From Podospora anserina (Eukaryota): DNA of 64,000 nucleotides. Made by a program: the position numbers and the translations under genes. The stretch is taken from NCBI GenBank assembly GCA_017654855.1, contig CM030336.1, positions 992,001 through 1,056,000 on the forward strand. Reading direction: 5' to 3'. Positions 26,592-39,277 of this stretch are shown in pieces. The notes beneath the pieces were generated by a model, which was not told the DNA's origin, did no database searches, and saw only the letters and a program-made list of their open reading frames with translations. Position 1 is the stretch's first letter. Each line of letters opens with the position of its first letter.

Positions 26592-26826
26592 TGTCACGGC
26601 GGTTGCACCGTGACCGTCGTTGATCCAGTGATGGAGCTTGGCCCGTGCTCTGCACGTGCCAATGCGACTTGAATGACTTCGCATCTCGCTGCCGCGAGAC
26701 CTGTTTGTAGCTCTTTGAGCTACGTCTTGACAATAGAGCCTGCCCGTACCCGACGGAATAGAGCCCAGACTGTAGCATAGCCGAATATTACTGTCATTAT
26801 TCTGTCCACCTGTCCTGCCCGTGACA
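26592..26826. mobile_element. Solo LTR (235 bp)
   Basis: TGTCACGG...CCGTGACA termini; 5-bp TSD GTTTT (26587-26591, 26827-26831); removal restores the NACHT frame. Confidence 0.88.
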
Positions 26827-27043
26827 GTTTTAAAATAACGAGCTATAAAGAGCGGATACTGCTCAACCGAGAGCATATTCCCGGCACATACAAATGGTTT
26901 CAAAGATATAAGAAGTTTAAACAGTGGCTGAAAGAACTACGGGGGCTATTACTCATGTCGGTTAACCCGGGATATAGGAAGTCTGTTTTATCTCGGTATT
27001 ATATTAACAATATTCTCCTGGCCTAGTATCCTAAGGCGATAGT

Positions 27044-27435
27044 TGTCACGAATATAATGTAGACACCCGAAAGGAACAACCAATAGGAAAGAGGAGGCAC
27101 GGCAGCCAATCAAGAGAAAGGAGGATGGACCAGTAAGAGGTGGATCATCCGGGACATGAAGGAATCATGAGCGATTCCCAGGAATCACTCATGATCCTTA
27201 GGAGTCGGTCATGATCCGGGGAGAAACAGAATGATCTAGGCTTGGCATTAGGTCTATATATACGGAGGAACTAGATAGCTTGCAGATAGTTCCGCAGTAT
27301 GCAATTCACAATTGTATTCACGGTATCTTGTGTTGAGACATCTTGTTGTGCACTGTTTAGCTGCACCGAACCAATTGTCAGAAGTTACCTTCAACCAGTA
27401 TCCCTTTCAGAGGTTCTGTACAGGGGTTCGTCACA
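27044..27435 (+). mobile_element. LTR of the Gypsy family seen at 61132-61529, followed by a second LTR-end fragment (27436-27451)
   Basis: TGTCACG start, GGTTCGTCACA end; the 3' half from CTATATATACGGAGGAACTAG matches the LTRs at 48226 and 61132; no matching TSD. Confidence 0.85.
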
Positions 27436-27451
27436 ACAGAGGTTCGTCACA

Positions 27452-28109
27452 TATAGGTAAAATTAACGTTGTTTTAAAATAAAATCAAACTGAAAAAAAT
27501 TAGATAATCGATAGTTATAATTTAAGTAATAATTAATAAAAATAAGCTTAAATCTTTTATTATTAAATTGAAATACGAAAAGTGTCTAAGGTAATTTAAT
27601 TAGGTATAGAAAGAGGCTTTCTAGGTATAGGGTAACGGTGAAAAATAATATCGGGACGATACGAGATTAGCAGGTAAAAGTATTAACGGTCGGTTAATTA
27701 TCGAGGGTCGAATATATTTAAAAGGTTAGCGTATAGATATTTTATAACTTTAAAACCCCACCCCCTGTTATTTAAGGAAAGTGCCTTTTGCCTACGGGGA
27801 TTAAGTCTTTACAAGTAGATAATAGTAGTTATAATATAAAGTAAGCTAAATATAAGTGAAAAAGCTTAAATCCCTATTAAATTAAATTAAATTAGGCTTA
27901 AATAAGAAGTTAGACCTTTGCGTATATGAGGGACCCTCCTTTAATTGTAAGTTTACTGGTTAATTAAAACCCTGGGTTTTAAAGGCTTAGGTTAAATGGT
28001 TTAGTTAGGTTTAATGCTTTAGTTAGTGTAAATTATAGTAAAATAAAGAACGATTGGCTGCAGTTAACCGTTATTTTACAGGGGGTACCCCAGTAATGTA
28101 CTTACGGTA
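27452..28109. mobile_element. AT-rich RIP-degraded repeat remnant, possibly ending in a TA-flanked DNA-transposon terminus
   Basis: Very AT-rich, TpA-rich and CpA/TpG-poor, no ORFs; abrupt switch to coding-like sequence after ...GTACTTACGGTA. Confidence 0.5.
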
Positions 28110-28934
28110 GAGGAATGTGAGAATAATTACGAGGAGCTCTTTGCGACGCTACTCAAGAAGGGATTGCAGCAAGCATTGTTCTTCGGCGCAGCGAGAATGG
28201 ACCTGAAGGCGCTCAGCATAGTTTTATCCATAGATCCATCTGCGTTGTTATCAGCGAGAGACCGTCTTTGGAGAACTCCTTTGCATATAGTGGCTGAGAG
28301 AACAGTCGAGGCGGCATGCTTCTACAAAAAGCCAATCTTTACCAGTCATATAGAAACTGTTGCACAGATGGGCTTTGACGTTCACGCAAAGTCTGGTCTT
28401 GGCTGGACGGTTTTAGACCATTACATGCACAAACTAGGGTGGTACCTCGATCCTCACCAGCACGTCAACTATCGTCCCTCCAACCCCGCCAGCATTCTGA
28501 ATGGTATCAAATACCTTGTCGGTAGCGGTGTGGCCTGTCGAGAGTCAACAGCACACAGACTGGACCCGCTGGATGTGGCGGTACTATTCGAGCCCCACCT
28601 GCGAAGCCCTGACTTTCCAGCCCAGCCGTTTGGGCCGGACTTCAGCTTCCAAGCACTCAAGGACTCCAAAATATTGATTGATGCTTTCAAAGAAAGCTCG
28701 ATAAAATTCATGCTTGATCATGGTAGCGACCTATCGAACGGCAGAGCTCTGCGGACTGCAATGAGACACGGGAAGCTGTGGAGTCTGCTTTTTCTCCTGT
28801 TTGCCGGTGCAGACGTTAATAATAGAGCCCTTTCTCGCAGTCCGCTTGGTTACGCTATTCACAGGGGGCTTGTGGGCGATTCCGGGCCGGTAACCAGCTC
28901 AATCATCCATCAAGGTCTTTCGTTATCGGCATAA
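28110..28934 (+). pseudogene. Ankyrin-repeat protein fragment (no native start)
   Basis: RTPLHIVAE, GFDVHAKSGLGWTVLD, LLFAGADVNNR..SPLGYAI ankyrin-like motifs; the frame opens directly out of the RIPed repeat. Confidence 0.65.
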
Positions 28935-31900
28935 GATTGAAGGGCTGGAGAAAACGTTGACCAGTGGGCGAAAGGCGCTCGAAGATCACCTTCTGGCTGA
29001 GACCTGGTTTGTCATGCCAGAACATTTAGCCCAAGATGTCATTCCGCTAACACAAATACACCGCAGCACACAGGTGAAAGCTCTGGAGATACAGAACACA
29101 GAAGGCTTTTCGAACCTAGACAGCACCTTGCGTCACTTCATCACCGCCTGCTCACAGGGCCACACCCAGCTGACACAACTGCTCAACAATCAGTTCGACA
29201 ACCTTAACGCCAAGTTAATACGCGAGTCAAACCAGACACAGCAACAGGTTTCCGAACTCTCTACACGCCTGGAGCATGAATCAGCTAGTCGCGCCAAGCA
29301 TGCAGACTTTGAACGGTTTCTAGCAAGCTTGAAATACCCCAGGATGAACGAACGAAGGAACAATGTGGCCGACAGTTACACAACAACGTTTGAATGGGTG
29401 TTTAGAACCTCAGCCAGCGAAGAAACGTGCGACCAGTCTTCTATCGAAGGCTCTGTGGATGGCGATGCAGGGTCTGACACACTTAGCTACAACGAGAGCG
29501 ACATCGATAGCTTATATGATGATTCGAGTGAGGATGAAGAAGTGTCAGTTGGGCTCGTTGAATGGCTTACATCCGTCAATGACCCACTTTTCTGGATCAG
29601 CGGCAAACCAGGATCTGGAAAGAGCACATTGATGAAGTTTCTGCTTCAAAACCACCGGACGAGGAAACATTTGGAGTTGGCTTACCCTGGAGCTTTAATC
29701 GTCCTCCATTTCTTCTGGCTGGCTGGCCAGGACATGGAACGAAGTATCAAGGGCCTCCTGTGCTCCTTACTACATCAGTTGATCAGCGAACGCGAGCAAG
29801 GGTACATCGATATCGTCCAACACCTTGGCTTTGGCAAAGTGAAGTTAAAAGAGGGCTGCAGTGATTGGTCAACAAAGGAACTCCAGGAAACAGTCTTTCA
29901 TGTTCTCGCAAGCTCGTCCGCGCCGGTTCTCATATTCCTCGATGGCCTCGACGAAGTTGATCCGTCCGACGGACCGCTTACACTCCTTAAGCTTGTCAAT
30001 GATATATGCGCGCTTCCAAACATAAAGGTCTGCACCGCAAGTCGCCCGGAGCCAATATATAGTCGACAATTAAGCATGAAACCTTCGTTTCGAGTCCAGG
30101 ACCTTACAAGCCACGACATTAAGAAGTATGCAAAGGAGCACTTGCGATCTTGCACAACGGCTGAGTTCCGGCATTCGTCCTCCTTCCGTGATTTGATTGG
30201 CGAAATTGCCGAAAGGGCAGATGGCGTTTTCTGTGGGCGGCGCTGTCCGTGAAGAGTCTTCAAAGGGGTTTAGTTCATGAGGATTCATTGGATGAGCTTC
30301 AACGTCGACTGGACGCGTTACCTGACGGCCTGAACGCACTGTATCAAGATATGTGGAACCGGCACAACGAAGATAACCAGGTGTATCGCGAAGATGCCGC
30401 GAGGTATCTTAACCTCATCCTCGATAATAAGAAGTTTCACATGTTGCTCGCTTGGGCCGGGGTTCGTGCCACCGCCATTTTCTAGCCAACACTATCACGT
30501 TACGATCTGCAATGATAAACGATCAAAGCAATTTTACCGTATCGGGGGATCAGTTCATCAAGAGTCGTTCAAAGTTCGCGAGGGAAATTGTGACTCGATC
30601 TGCTGGCTTGGTCGAGATCTCCACCTCTGAGCAAGACATAAGGCCGAACATCGACTTCATGTTCATTCACCGATCGGCCAGGGACTTTCTTACAGAAACC
30701 TTAGAAGGTCAAGCAATCCTCAACCATGACAAGACTACACCGAAAGAACGTATGTTGAGTCTCATGGAAGCTTATCTTGCGATGGCCGCATTCTTCGACC
30801 CCAAAGGTTATGGATCCGAAACTCACCCCTGTGGCAATGAGAGCCTATTCTCAGTCATCAGCCAGCTAGATTGGAACATGAAGTACGAGAATAACCCTGT
30901 CGCACGGTTCCTTTCACAGCTTTTATTAAGTTACATGAATGAGACATCATCACTGACGTCCAAACTCGGGCCCAGTTCCACAGGCTTCATTCACCAACTT
31001 CGCCGTGTATGTCAAAAATCTCGGTGGGTTTTACAGGCCTTCTCTGCTTTGAAAACCGATTTCCTTGGTGTAACTGCACAGTGGGCCTTTACACCGTGGT
31101 TGATACATGAAAGCGAGCACGATGAGAACGCCTTTGGTTTATTTTCAGCCAGCTACAGGACTTACCTGATATTCTCAGCGTTGCACACACGGGCGGAGAT
31201 CCTTACCAGATGGAATTCAAGATGGCACCGCACAAATGCCTTCGATACGGTGTCTTATTTGACACGCACTGGTAGCATCATTCCCAATAGTCGCGCCCTT
31301 CGCTGGCAATTCGTTTATCTAGGGGACATACTAGCATCGGTATGCTGCACGACCACGATTCTCGCTGCCTGGCTTGAGCTTTTGTTCTCCACTGGCATAG
31401 AAGGAACTGTTGTCGACGGCCACGGTGACATGCAACATCTCATTGATATTGTTGAGCTGTGTGAACGGTTCATTGAGCTGGGAGAGGACATCAAAAACAG
31501 AGTAATCTTTGTATTTGACAGGGCCAAGGACGATAGCGACCCCATCGGGATCTGGAGTTTGGGGGATTATACAGGCTTCCGTGAAGGGCTCCCTTTCTAT
31601 CGACATCAGACTGGACTTCTTGTGGACCTCAACGTGGCCTTCCTTCTTGGGGCCTTTTGCGATTGGGCCATGATACATTGCCGCGACCCATGGTGTTGCA
31701 AAGGGTGGAAGGCTTGCGGCATATAGCATCAAATTGTAAGGAATGCCAGGCTGTGGGCATAACGAGATACACCGACGATACCAATGAGTGGATCATTCAC
31801 AAGCCAGACCGCGCTTCAAGGTACCTGGATGGAATTAAGGACATACAATACAATGGCAAAGGGAAGTGGACTATCCCTGTGGAGTTTAAATCTGTCAAGG

Positions 31901-32004
31901 AAGAGACACAAAAGACGGACAATAATTCCACACCAGGAAGTGGAGGGGTCTCTGATGAAGCGAGGGCTTCTTGTCAGATGGCAAGACGTGGAGGGGGATC
32001 CTAG
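28894..32004 (+). pseudogene. NACHT-domain (NLR-like) gene, 5'-truncated, with three -1 frameshifts
   Basis: FLASLKYPRMNERRN, TTFEWVF, Walker A WISGKPGSGKSTLMK, HFFW, Walker B IFLDGLDE, KVCTASRPE, ADGVF(LW) broken by a missing T at ~30230; continues in ORFs 30249, 30452 and 31657, each shifted by -1. Confidence 0.8.
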
Positions 32005-32154
32005 TCGGTTCAGACATGTTGAGTATGACGGCGTTCTGCCTTGAAAGGCGATAGGCATAGGTGGCTGCCGTTCATATACCTAGGTACTCTTTCTCACGAC
32101 AAGTTGTTAGTTTCTTAGGTATCAAATTTATCATATGGGTAAAGGATGTCTAGC

Positions 32155-34622
32155 TCAGCCCTCAAAGTGAAACTCCAGTCCATGTCCATACGTATCTGCG
32201 ACCAATGGCAGCCCTTCCATCTCCAAAACCTCACCCCCGCCATCACGACCATTGTCACCAAACATTCTCCAAACCTCCTCCGTCTTGACAGGACTAGTAA
32301 CCAACACCTTAACCGTCGGTCCTCCCCACTCACCTTCAACCTGTCCCTGCCTCAGCCCGACTAACACCCTCACCGCATGCAGCAACCACTCCTCAAAATA
32401 CCTATTCTCATAATGCACCACCCCATCCACCACAAAAACAACATTAACCTCCCTCGCCACCCTCTTAACCAACACCCCCAACAACCAACCCAACACCTCA
32501 ACCCCCATCTCTTGCCCCCCACCAAGAAACTGAACATCCTCCTCCGTCACCAACAACCCAGGCAACTGCCTGATCAACTGACAAATAACCCCCCCCAACA
32601 TCTTCACTGCACCAGCGTACGCATCATCTTGTTCGGTGTGTAACCCACAGAAAAAAGAAAGGGTGATATACTGTCCTTGCCGCTCACGCAGGGTGTCGAT
32701 TAGCGTCCCCGCCGCGAACGATAGTCCGGATATAAGAGGGGGATGGGCACGGTCGAAGTCGCCGTGAATGAGAAGGCGGGAGGAAATAGGGGTAGTGAGC
32801 CAGGAGCGGAACTGGTCTGTGTTGAAGGCTTGTTCTGCTCTTATGCGTTGGCGGAGGGGGATAAGGGGTTGGTGGTCGAGGATTTGGGTTAGGTCGGTTA
32901 GGTCGAAGTTGGGGTTTGGAAGGAGGAGGGTGTGGGATAGGTGGTTTAGGAGGTACAGGGCGTAGTTTAGGGGTTGTGGTTGAGGTGAGTAAATTGGCGA
33001 GGGCTGGGAAAACGGCGAAGAGAGGTGAGGTTGTTGAGGAAACCACGCTAGCTGGGGCTGTGGGGTGGATGGTCGATTGGGGTGTGATTCTATTTGTAAA
33101 GGTGTGGACCATGGCAATGGGTGGTATGTTGGGGAGTGTGTTAACTGCCTTAACATGGCATGGCCGGCACGGAGGAATTGATCTGCTCGAGATGTGTCAG
33201 TATTAGGTTTCCTCTCGAGCGATAGGATCTACCACTGACCTTGTTGACTCTTGAGCTGTTCTTGGAACCATGCAAAGTCTCGCTCACGTTCTTGTTGGCG
33301 TTTCGTTTCTACATCATCGAGCATTTGTTTGAAAGTGTTCGCCAAGCTCACGCAAGTGTCTTCAATCACTTCGACAACGACTTGGGTGTTGCTGTCCACT
33401 TTGTCTTGGATAGCCTGAACGCCTTGTTTAACGTCCTGTCTGACTTCTTCAATGCCAAGTTCAATTCGCCATGTTCCTATCAACGACCAGGGTTAGCTGC
33501 TGTGTTCACATTAGGTAGGTACGGTAGGTACCTAGTTTACGCATCATGCAAAGAGGTGAATAGGTACTCACGGGCCAGTGTTCTTTGCATATCTTCCCTC
33601 ACCCTGGAAATATGTGAGTTCTGGGCCTGGTGTATGAGCCAGTTGCTTTGCTCTTGAACTTGGTCCAGCTTCTCGAGTAATAGCCCCTGGTACTTGCTGC
33701 CCCGGAAGACAGCAGACGCGCCTCTCCTGGCTAGTGGGTTGACAGTTAATAGACAGGATGTATCGTTGAAGGACTCCTTGTTGGAGTCATTTAGAGAAAA
33801 GTATTACCCACCTTGATGGCTAAGAAAGAAGATAATTGTCTCCTCAATAGCAACAAATATCGCCACCACAAGTCCTATCGACGCTTCTCTGATCTTCTCG
33901 TCGTCTGGAAACGTGGCCAGGAATACGTCGATATCACCGAATATGCGTTCCAGTCTGTCCCCGTCAAAGCTTGTGGTAACCTTTTCCCGTACTTCTGACG
34001 CTATTTGCGCAGCCTGTTTCAGTGTGATCAGCAGGAAGGAAACAGTGAGATCGGGTTAATGGACAGTTACCTCCAAGATGACCTCCATCACTGTCAGTAC
34101 TGGTGATATATACTCGACATCAGGGACAAGCTTGACGACTCTCCTCGCCAGATCAGAGTGCTCAACCACTTGGCGCCATCCCCTCTTGCACTTTCCACGA
34201 AATCCCTCTTTTGTACCATCGTACATCTCTCGGGCCCTTTGGAGTTGAGCATAGACACCTTTCCAATCTCGCTGTGAGCAGATACTGCATCCCAAACTGG
34301 CCAACGTTGGTAGCTCCTCGACGGCCTTTTGGTGGAAGTCTTTCATAGCTTCACCAAATATGGAGCTCCAGAAATTCATTGCTTCAATCGCAGTGGGTTG
34401 AACTGTGCCTGTCCCATTTGGGCAAGTTTGTAGTGGAAGTGTACCTTGAACAGCGGTGCTGTGAGTGAAGACGGCCACATATTGCTGGGTTCTTGTATTG
34501 TATCGAGCGTCTGAGTCCTCGAACGCAGCATGGTACTGGTGAGCCCCGTTGTCGATGAAATCTACCGACAGTGGTTGTGATTGCAGTCTTGTGAACAGCC
34601 CTCGTTCACCTGTACGAGCCAT
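32155..34622 (-). CDS. NACHT-like protein with degenerate Walker A (helical N-terminus plus P-loop-like C-terminal domain); 5 exons, appears intact
   Basis: Four GT-AG introns splice ORFs 34056..34622, 33229..33483 and 32155..33156 plus two short exons in frame; C-terminal FRSWL..SRLLIHG, SFFCG, VICQL, VFVVDGV, KVLVTSP with no GK[ST]. Confidence 0.8.
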
Positions 34623-35078
34623 GATGTTGGGGAAGTTGCCAGGAGGAAAGGTCGTTGTGCTGATTTCGTGTTCTTGAATGGGAAGGTCAGGTACCTAAGG
34701 TAGATACCCTTGTGGAATAACGTCCCGTGGACCCACATGGCCATCAGTCAGACATGCGGTCGGTTGGGTAGGGAAGGAGTAAGGACTCGGTAGAGGTTGC
34801 TTCCCACCACGGCAACATTCGACCCCGAAAATGTGCACAGTGCGACTTTGCTATGCTAAGCTACACAGGCTTCCTGACAGCTGGTCTCTAGCTATTGGAA
34901 GGGAGCAGTACACCGCAGGCGAGATTGACAGTCGGTAAGACGTGAGAGCGGGGAAATGAACATTGTCATGTGAATCCTGCTCAGACACCAAGAGACAAGC
35001 TTATCATGATCGACCGGACCTGTTATATTTACTACAAGACGGGCAATCGATACCATCAGCATCTAATCCCCATCAACA

Positions 35079-38000
35079 ATGCCAACAACTACTCCTTCGG
35101 CGCCCGAGGCCCAATCCGGCCCTGCTTTGTTGGAAGCCTCGGCCTTGGGCGAACCAATACAGACCAGCACAAGTCCAAATTCGTGTCAAAGACCTTCCGA
35201 GGACATCCACGCGAATGGCACCCGTGAACTCGAACTGATGTGCGAGGACAAGAATGAGGCAAATGACTGTGGTTCTTTGCGTTGTGGCGATGTCGGCGAC
35301 TGTAATAAGGTGAATTCTCCGTCGCGCTTGGGCCAGGGTAAAAAGGATGGCGAGACTACATTCGAACGGCAAAGAGAATGGACCAGAGCACGCCACGATA
35401 TATCTACCTCTTCAGATCACGATAGCGACGATGGCATTGTTTTCAATTCCCCCCGCTTACACCCTAGCAGTGGGCAGCCCGTTGACTACAACAAAGCTGG
35501 CATGATAGCACGGCAGAAGATCAGAAAGCTGGAGTGGGAGCACTCCGCAAGCACCCGGGAGTGGCAACTAGTGGGGGAGATGGCACGTGAAATTGGCCGA
35601 TTGCGAAAGGCGGAAGAAGTTTGGAAGAAGGAACGACTCATACAGACGAGGCCTTCCGTGCCTAAAATAGTGGCTAGAAGGGCCCAGCTTGGTAAACCTG
35701 TTCAGACAGAACAATCGGCGGATCACGGATCGCACTCCGAACGGTCGGGCGTGGCACAGAGCGGGGTGCTGGTGAATCGAGTCGGGTGGGACGTCTTCAG
35801 GACTCGCACTGCAGAGCTTGAGGATATAGCCGATCTTGATCCTCATGAGTTCGCTGTCATTGAAGTTCTAACAGAGGAGCCACTGGTGACCAGCGAAGCC
35901 AAGTTGAAGAGCCCTTCACAGCTCGATAACACGGTAATGATGTGGGGAGACTTGGTTCGACAACCCTCCGAAAACCATGGGGGCGAATATGCATCGTCCC
36001 CGGGAATACGAGGAAAGAGTAGAGGGCAAGAACCCCTCCCAGAACGGATTCGGATCCGCTCTAGGTATATCATCGAGGAGCTTCGCACCATCATTGGAGG
36101 TCGCAACAGGTTTTTACCACCGGATGTCGAGCACTACGACGGTACAACCAAGTATCTAATCAAATTCAAGGACTCCGCCCTGACCATGGTTCGTCCCTTT
36201 CGAACACTGTTCCATTACAAAGATGACATTGTGGAAAGACTGGGTCAGCTACAAAACAAACTCCACTCAAACACCCAGCTGCACTCGAAGCTGAAGGACC
36301 GTACCCGTACATATACCGAGCACCTTAAATGCCTGAAGGAGCTCATCGACACACAACTACAGCCCAGGATCGATCATTTAAACAGCAACCGGTGTCAATT
36401 AGTATCGTTTGCCGATCTTTGTTATCTCTTCAAGCCAGGTGATGAGATCATCCAAAGAAACCGGCCTCAAGCCTTTCGAATCTACGCAGTATCCAGCACT
36501 GACCATGGAGCCACGCCTACGTGGCAAGAGTACAAAAAGCCGAATGTTGCATCAGACGTGAATGAGGATATTAAGCCGCAGTTGGCCATCAGTTGCAGAT
36601 ATCTCGACTTTGATGGGAAGAGAGTTGGTCCAGTGACTCGGTGCTTCAAGATATCACAGTTGAGTGGTGAAAAGCCCATCACGTCGCTTGATGTCTATCC
36701 GTTGCGATTTGCTGAGACCAGAGCAGATCGTGAGCAGGGCCACACACCATTTCGAAATCGTCTAATTGACAGGGGAAAGATGTTCCTCGACATCGCGGCG
36801 GTAAGGCATATGCACTACAGCGGCTTAACAATCGGTGACAAGGATGAGGTTGACAGCCAGGTTGTCGTTGATTTTGAGGAAGCCTTTGCACAGATAATGG
36901 TACATCGTGGAGGGTGGAATTGGAATCCATTCTCGGCATCGAATTTTGTCCAACGTCACAAACACGCTGTGTGTCAGCCTGTTGCTTGAGCAACAATATC
37001 CACAAGGATTCTCCTGTGGAGAAGATACAGCACGAGGAATACATGGCAAGTTGCATGCCTCAAGATACTACACAAGAGCCCCCGATCTCTGTGTATCCGC
37101 GATTGCTCCAAGATATACACGTCCACGTTTCTGTGACAGACAAGGACTACATCATCATGTCCATGAGAGCTTGTGGGTTTGTTTTGAGAAGCAGAAACTG
37201 GGGTGAGTATTACCCGCAGTTCTTGCAAACCTTACCTTCTGTGCTCGGGACTGGGGATCCTAACATAATATACACACCTTTCAGCGCAGCTCGACCTCAC
37301 ATACCTCGCCCCTCCGCACTTCCCCACTGCCTCCTCTCCTAGTGCCTCTGGATATAAACCACCTTCTGGACCTGCCAGCCAGATTTCACCACCACGTTTG
37401 AGCAGCTGGTACTTCCAGACGGCCATAAGGATATGGTCCTCTCACTCATAGCACAACACTATCGTGATAAGCAGATGCAAAATGATGAAAGGGACCAGGT
37501 CGACATCATCAGAGGGAAGGGTAAGTGTCGTTCTGTTACCTATCTAGGTACCCATCTTGTGGCACAGCACAAAATCGGCTAATCTGACACAAACCACTTA
37601 CTAGGGAAGGGCTTAATCTTGCTTCTCCACGGTGCCCCCGGGGTGGGCAAGATAACGACCGCAGGTTCGTATTGTCTGCTGGTGTTTGATGCTATCAAAA
37701 ACGCTCGCTAAGTTAATGAATAGAAGGAGTTGCGGAGATGTTTCAGAAGCCTTTGTTCCAGATTACCTGTGGTACGTCATCTTCGTCAACGAGAACAAAC
37801 ATACATCTGACTCCGAGGATTAGGTGACCTAGGTGTTACGGCCAGGGAAGTGGAAAAGCTTTGGAAACCCATTTTGCACTGGCCAGTAAATGGGGCTGCA
37901 TCCTTCTGCTAGACGAGGCCGATGTATTCCTCGCTGCGAGAACGCCACAAGACTTCGTAAGAAACGGCATGGTGTCAGGTTAGTAACCATCGGTCCACAT

Positions 38001-39052
38001 GCCTTGTCTTAAACGAACACGTACTAACATGAACAGTCTTTCTGCGCGTCTTGGAATACTACTCCGGCATCTTATTCTTGACCACCAACCGCATTGGTGA
38101 CTTCGACGAAGCCTTCGGATCCAGAATCCTTATAAGTCTACACTACCCGCAGCTGGACCTTCCGTCAACGCTCAAGATATTTGAGCTCAACCTGGATCTG
38201 ATCCAGGATCGGTTCAAAAGAAGAAACCGAGAACTCAGCATCGACACAAGGGCCATATTGGAGTATGCAGCTGGGTACTGGACCAACAACGAACACATGC
38301 GCTGGAATGACAGACAAATTCGAAACGCCTGCAATACCGCACTCGCGCTGGCTGAATTTTCAGCCCAAGGAGGCGATCATACAAAGGTGGTGGATGCCAA
38401 CGCCAAAATATCACTGAAACTGGAGCATTTGGAGGTTGTATCCAAGGCTTACCTCGGCTTCATCACTTACCTAGAGGACGTTTTTGACAAGGATGCCGAC
38501 AGACGGGCGAGGCAGATGATGATTCGGGCACGGGAGCACAAGAAGTCGATGGAAAAGGGAGACCGGCAGCGTCAACTATCCTTTTCAGGTGGACTGGCGC
38601 AGGTCCCAATGATGCCTACTCATACGACTGGCCTATGGCCCCCTATGGCACAACCCCCACAGAGCCCCCTTTCCACACATCCAAGCGAGTCACCAGGCTA
38701 CCCGACAACTTCAAATCAGATCACTCAGCTTCCGAGCTACCCCAGCCACCTATCTGGCCAACACACATCGCAGCCTCCGCCTGGGCAGGCATATCTACAC
38801 TACACCCTCGCGAGTGCTTACCCGCAAGGTCTTCAGCCCGGCAGCACCACCTATCAACAGCATCATCAGCCTTCTACCATGGCTGGCCCGTCCCAACCAC
38901 AAGCGCAAACCACTCTGCAGCCAGCTCCAGGTTGGCAGCAAGCAACCGCTTATCCCCATGGATCGATGCCAATCAGCCAGCCCGGCCAAGTAGTTCCTGG
39001 ACCTCAGCAGCCTGTTGTGCCAGTGGTAGAGCCACAACAATCACAGCCCTAA
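35079..39052 (+). pseudogene. Large fungal AAA+ ATPase with long N-terminal region and Q/P-rich tail; three -1 frameshifts
   Basis: PERIRIRS, LFKPG, YLDFDG, VVVDF, FEQLVLPDGHK, GKGKGLILLLHGAPGVGKITTAE, CGDLG, WGCILLLDEADVFL, FLRVLEYYSGILFLTTNRIGDFDEAF, WNDRQIRNA; frameshifts at ~36890, ~37300-37380 and ~37855. Confidence 0.85.
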
Positions 39053-39277
39053 GCATAGTTGCGGTGCTCCCTTTCGGTCAGTGAAGTCTTGCCTGTTAGG
39101 CCAAACCATTGTCCAAGACATATACAATGTCACAAAGCAGGAGGGTGGAAGACATATACAAGGTACTCCAGCACTTGAAAGCGTCAATGGAGGAGCTGTC
39201 TGTACATGCTTCTATTTTACTGGCCGCGAATCACACGACCGCACGCGAAATGGTGATGTTCTGCAAGATTTGTCAAA

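Larger units (their letters stand above)
25096..27043 (+). pseudogene. NWD-type NACHT NTPase (fungal NLR-like) gene, disrupted by three insertions and RIP
   Basis: LWRQAY..., PAAMAWAGIC, GLNYIISRMEWY (NWD NACHT N-terminal domain). Removing the inserts gives one frame through IPGTYKWF..FKQW..LLLMSVNPGYRKSVL, a RIP-altered ADPGCGKSVL Walker A. In-frame TAG stops at 26568 and ~27024. Confidence 0.85.

Noticed and set aside
30225-37860. Programmed -1 ribosomal frameshifting as the explanation for the split ORFs
   Set aside because: There are several shifts per gene with no consistent slippery heptamer; decay or sequence error is simpler.
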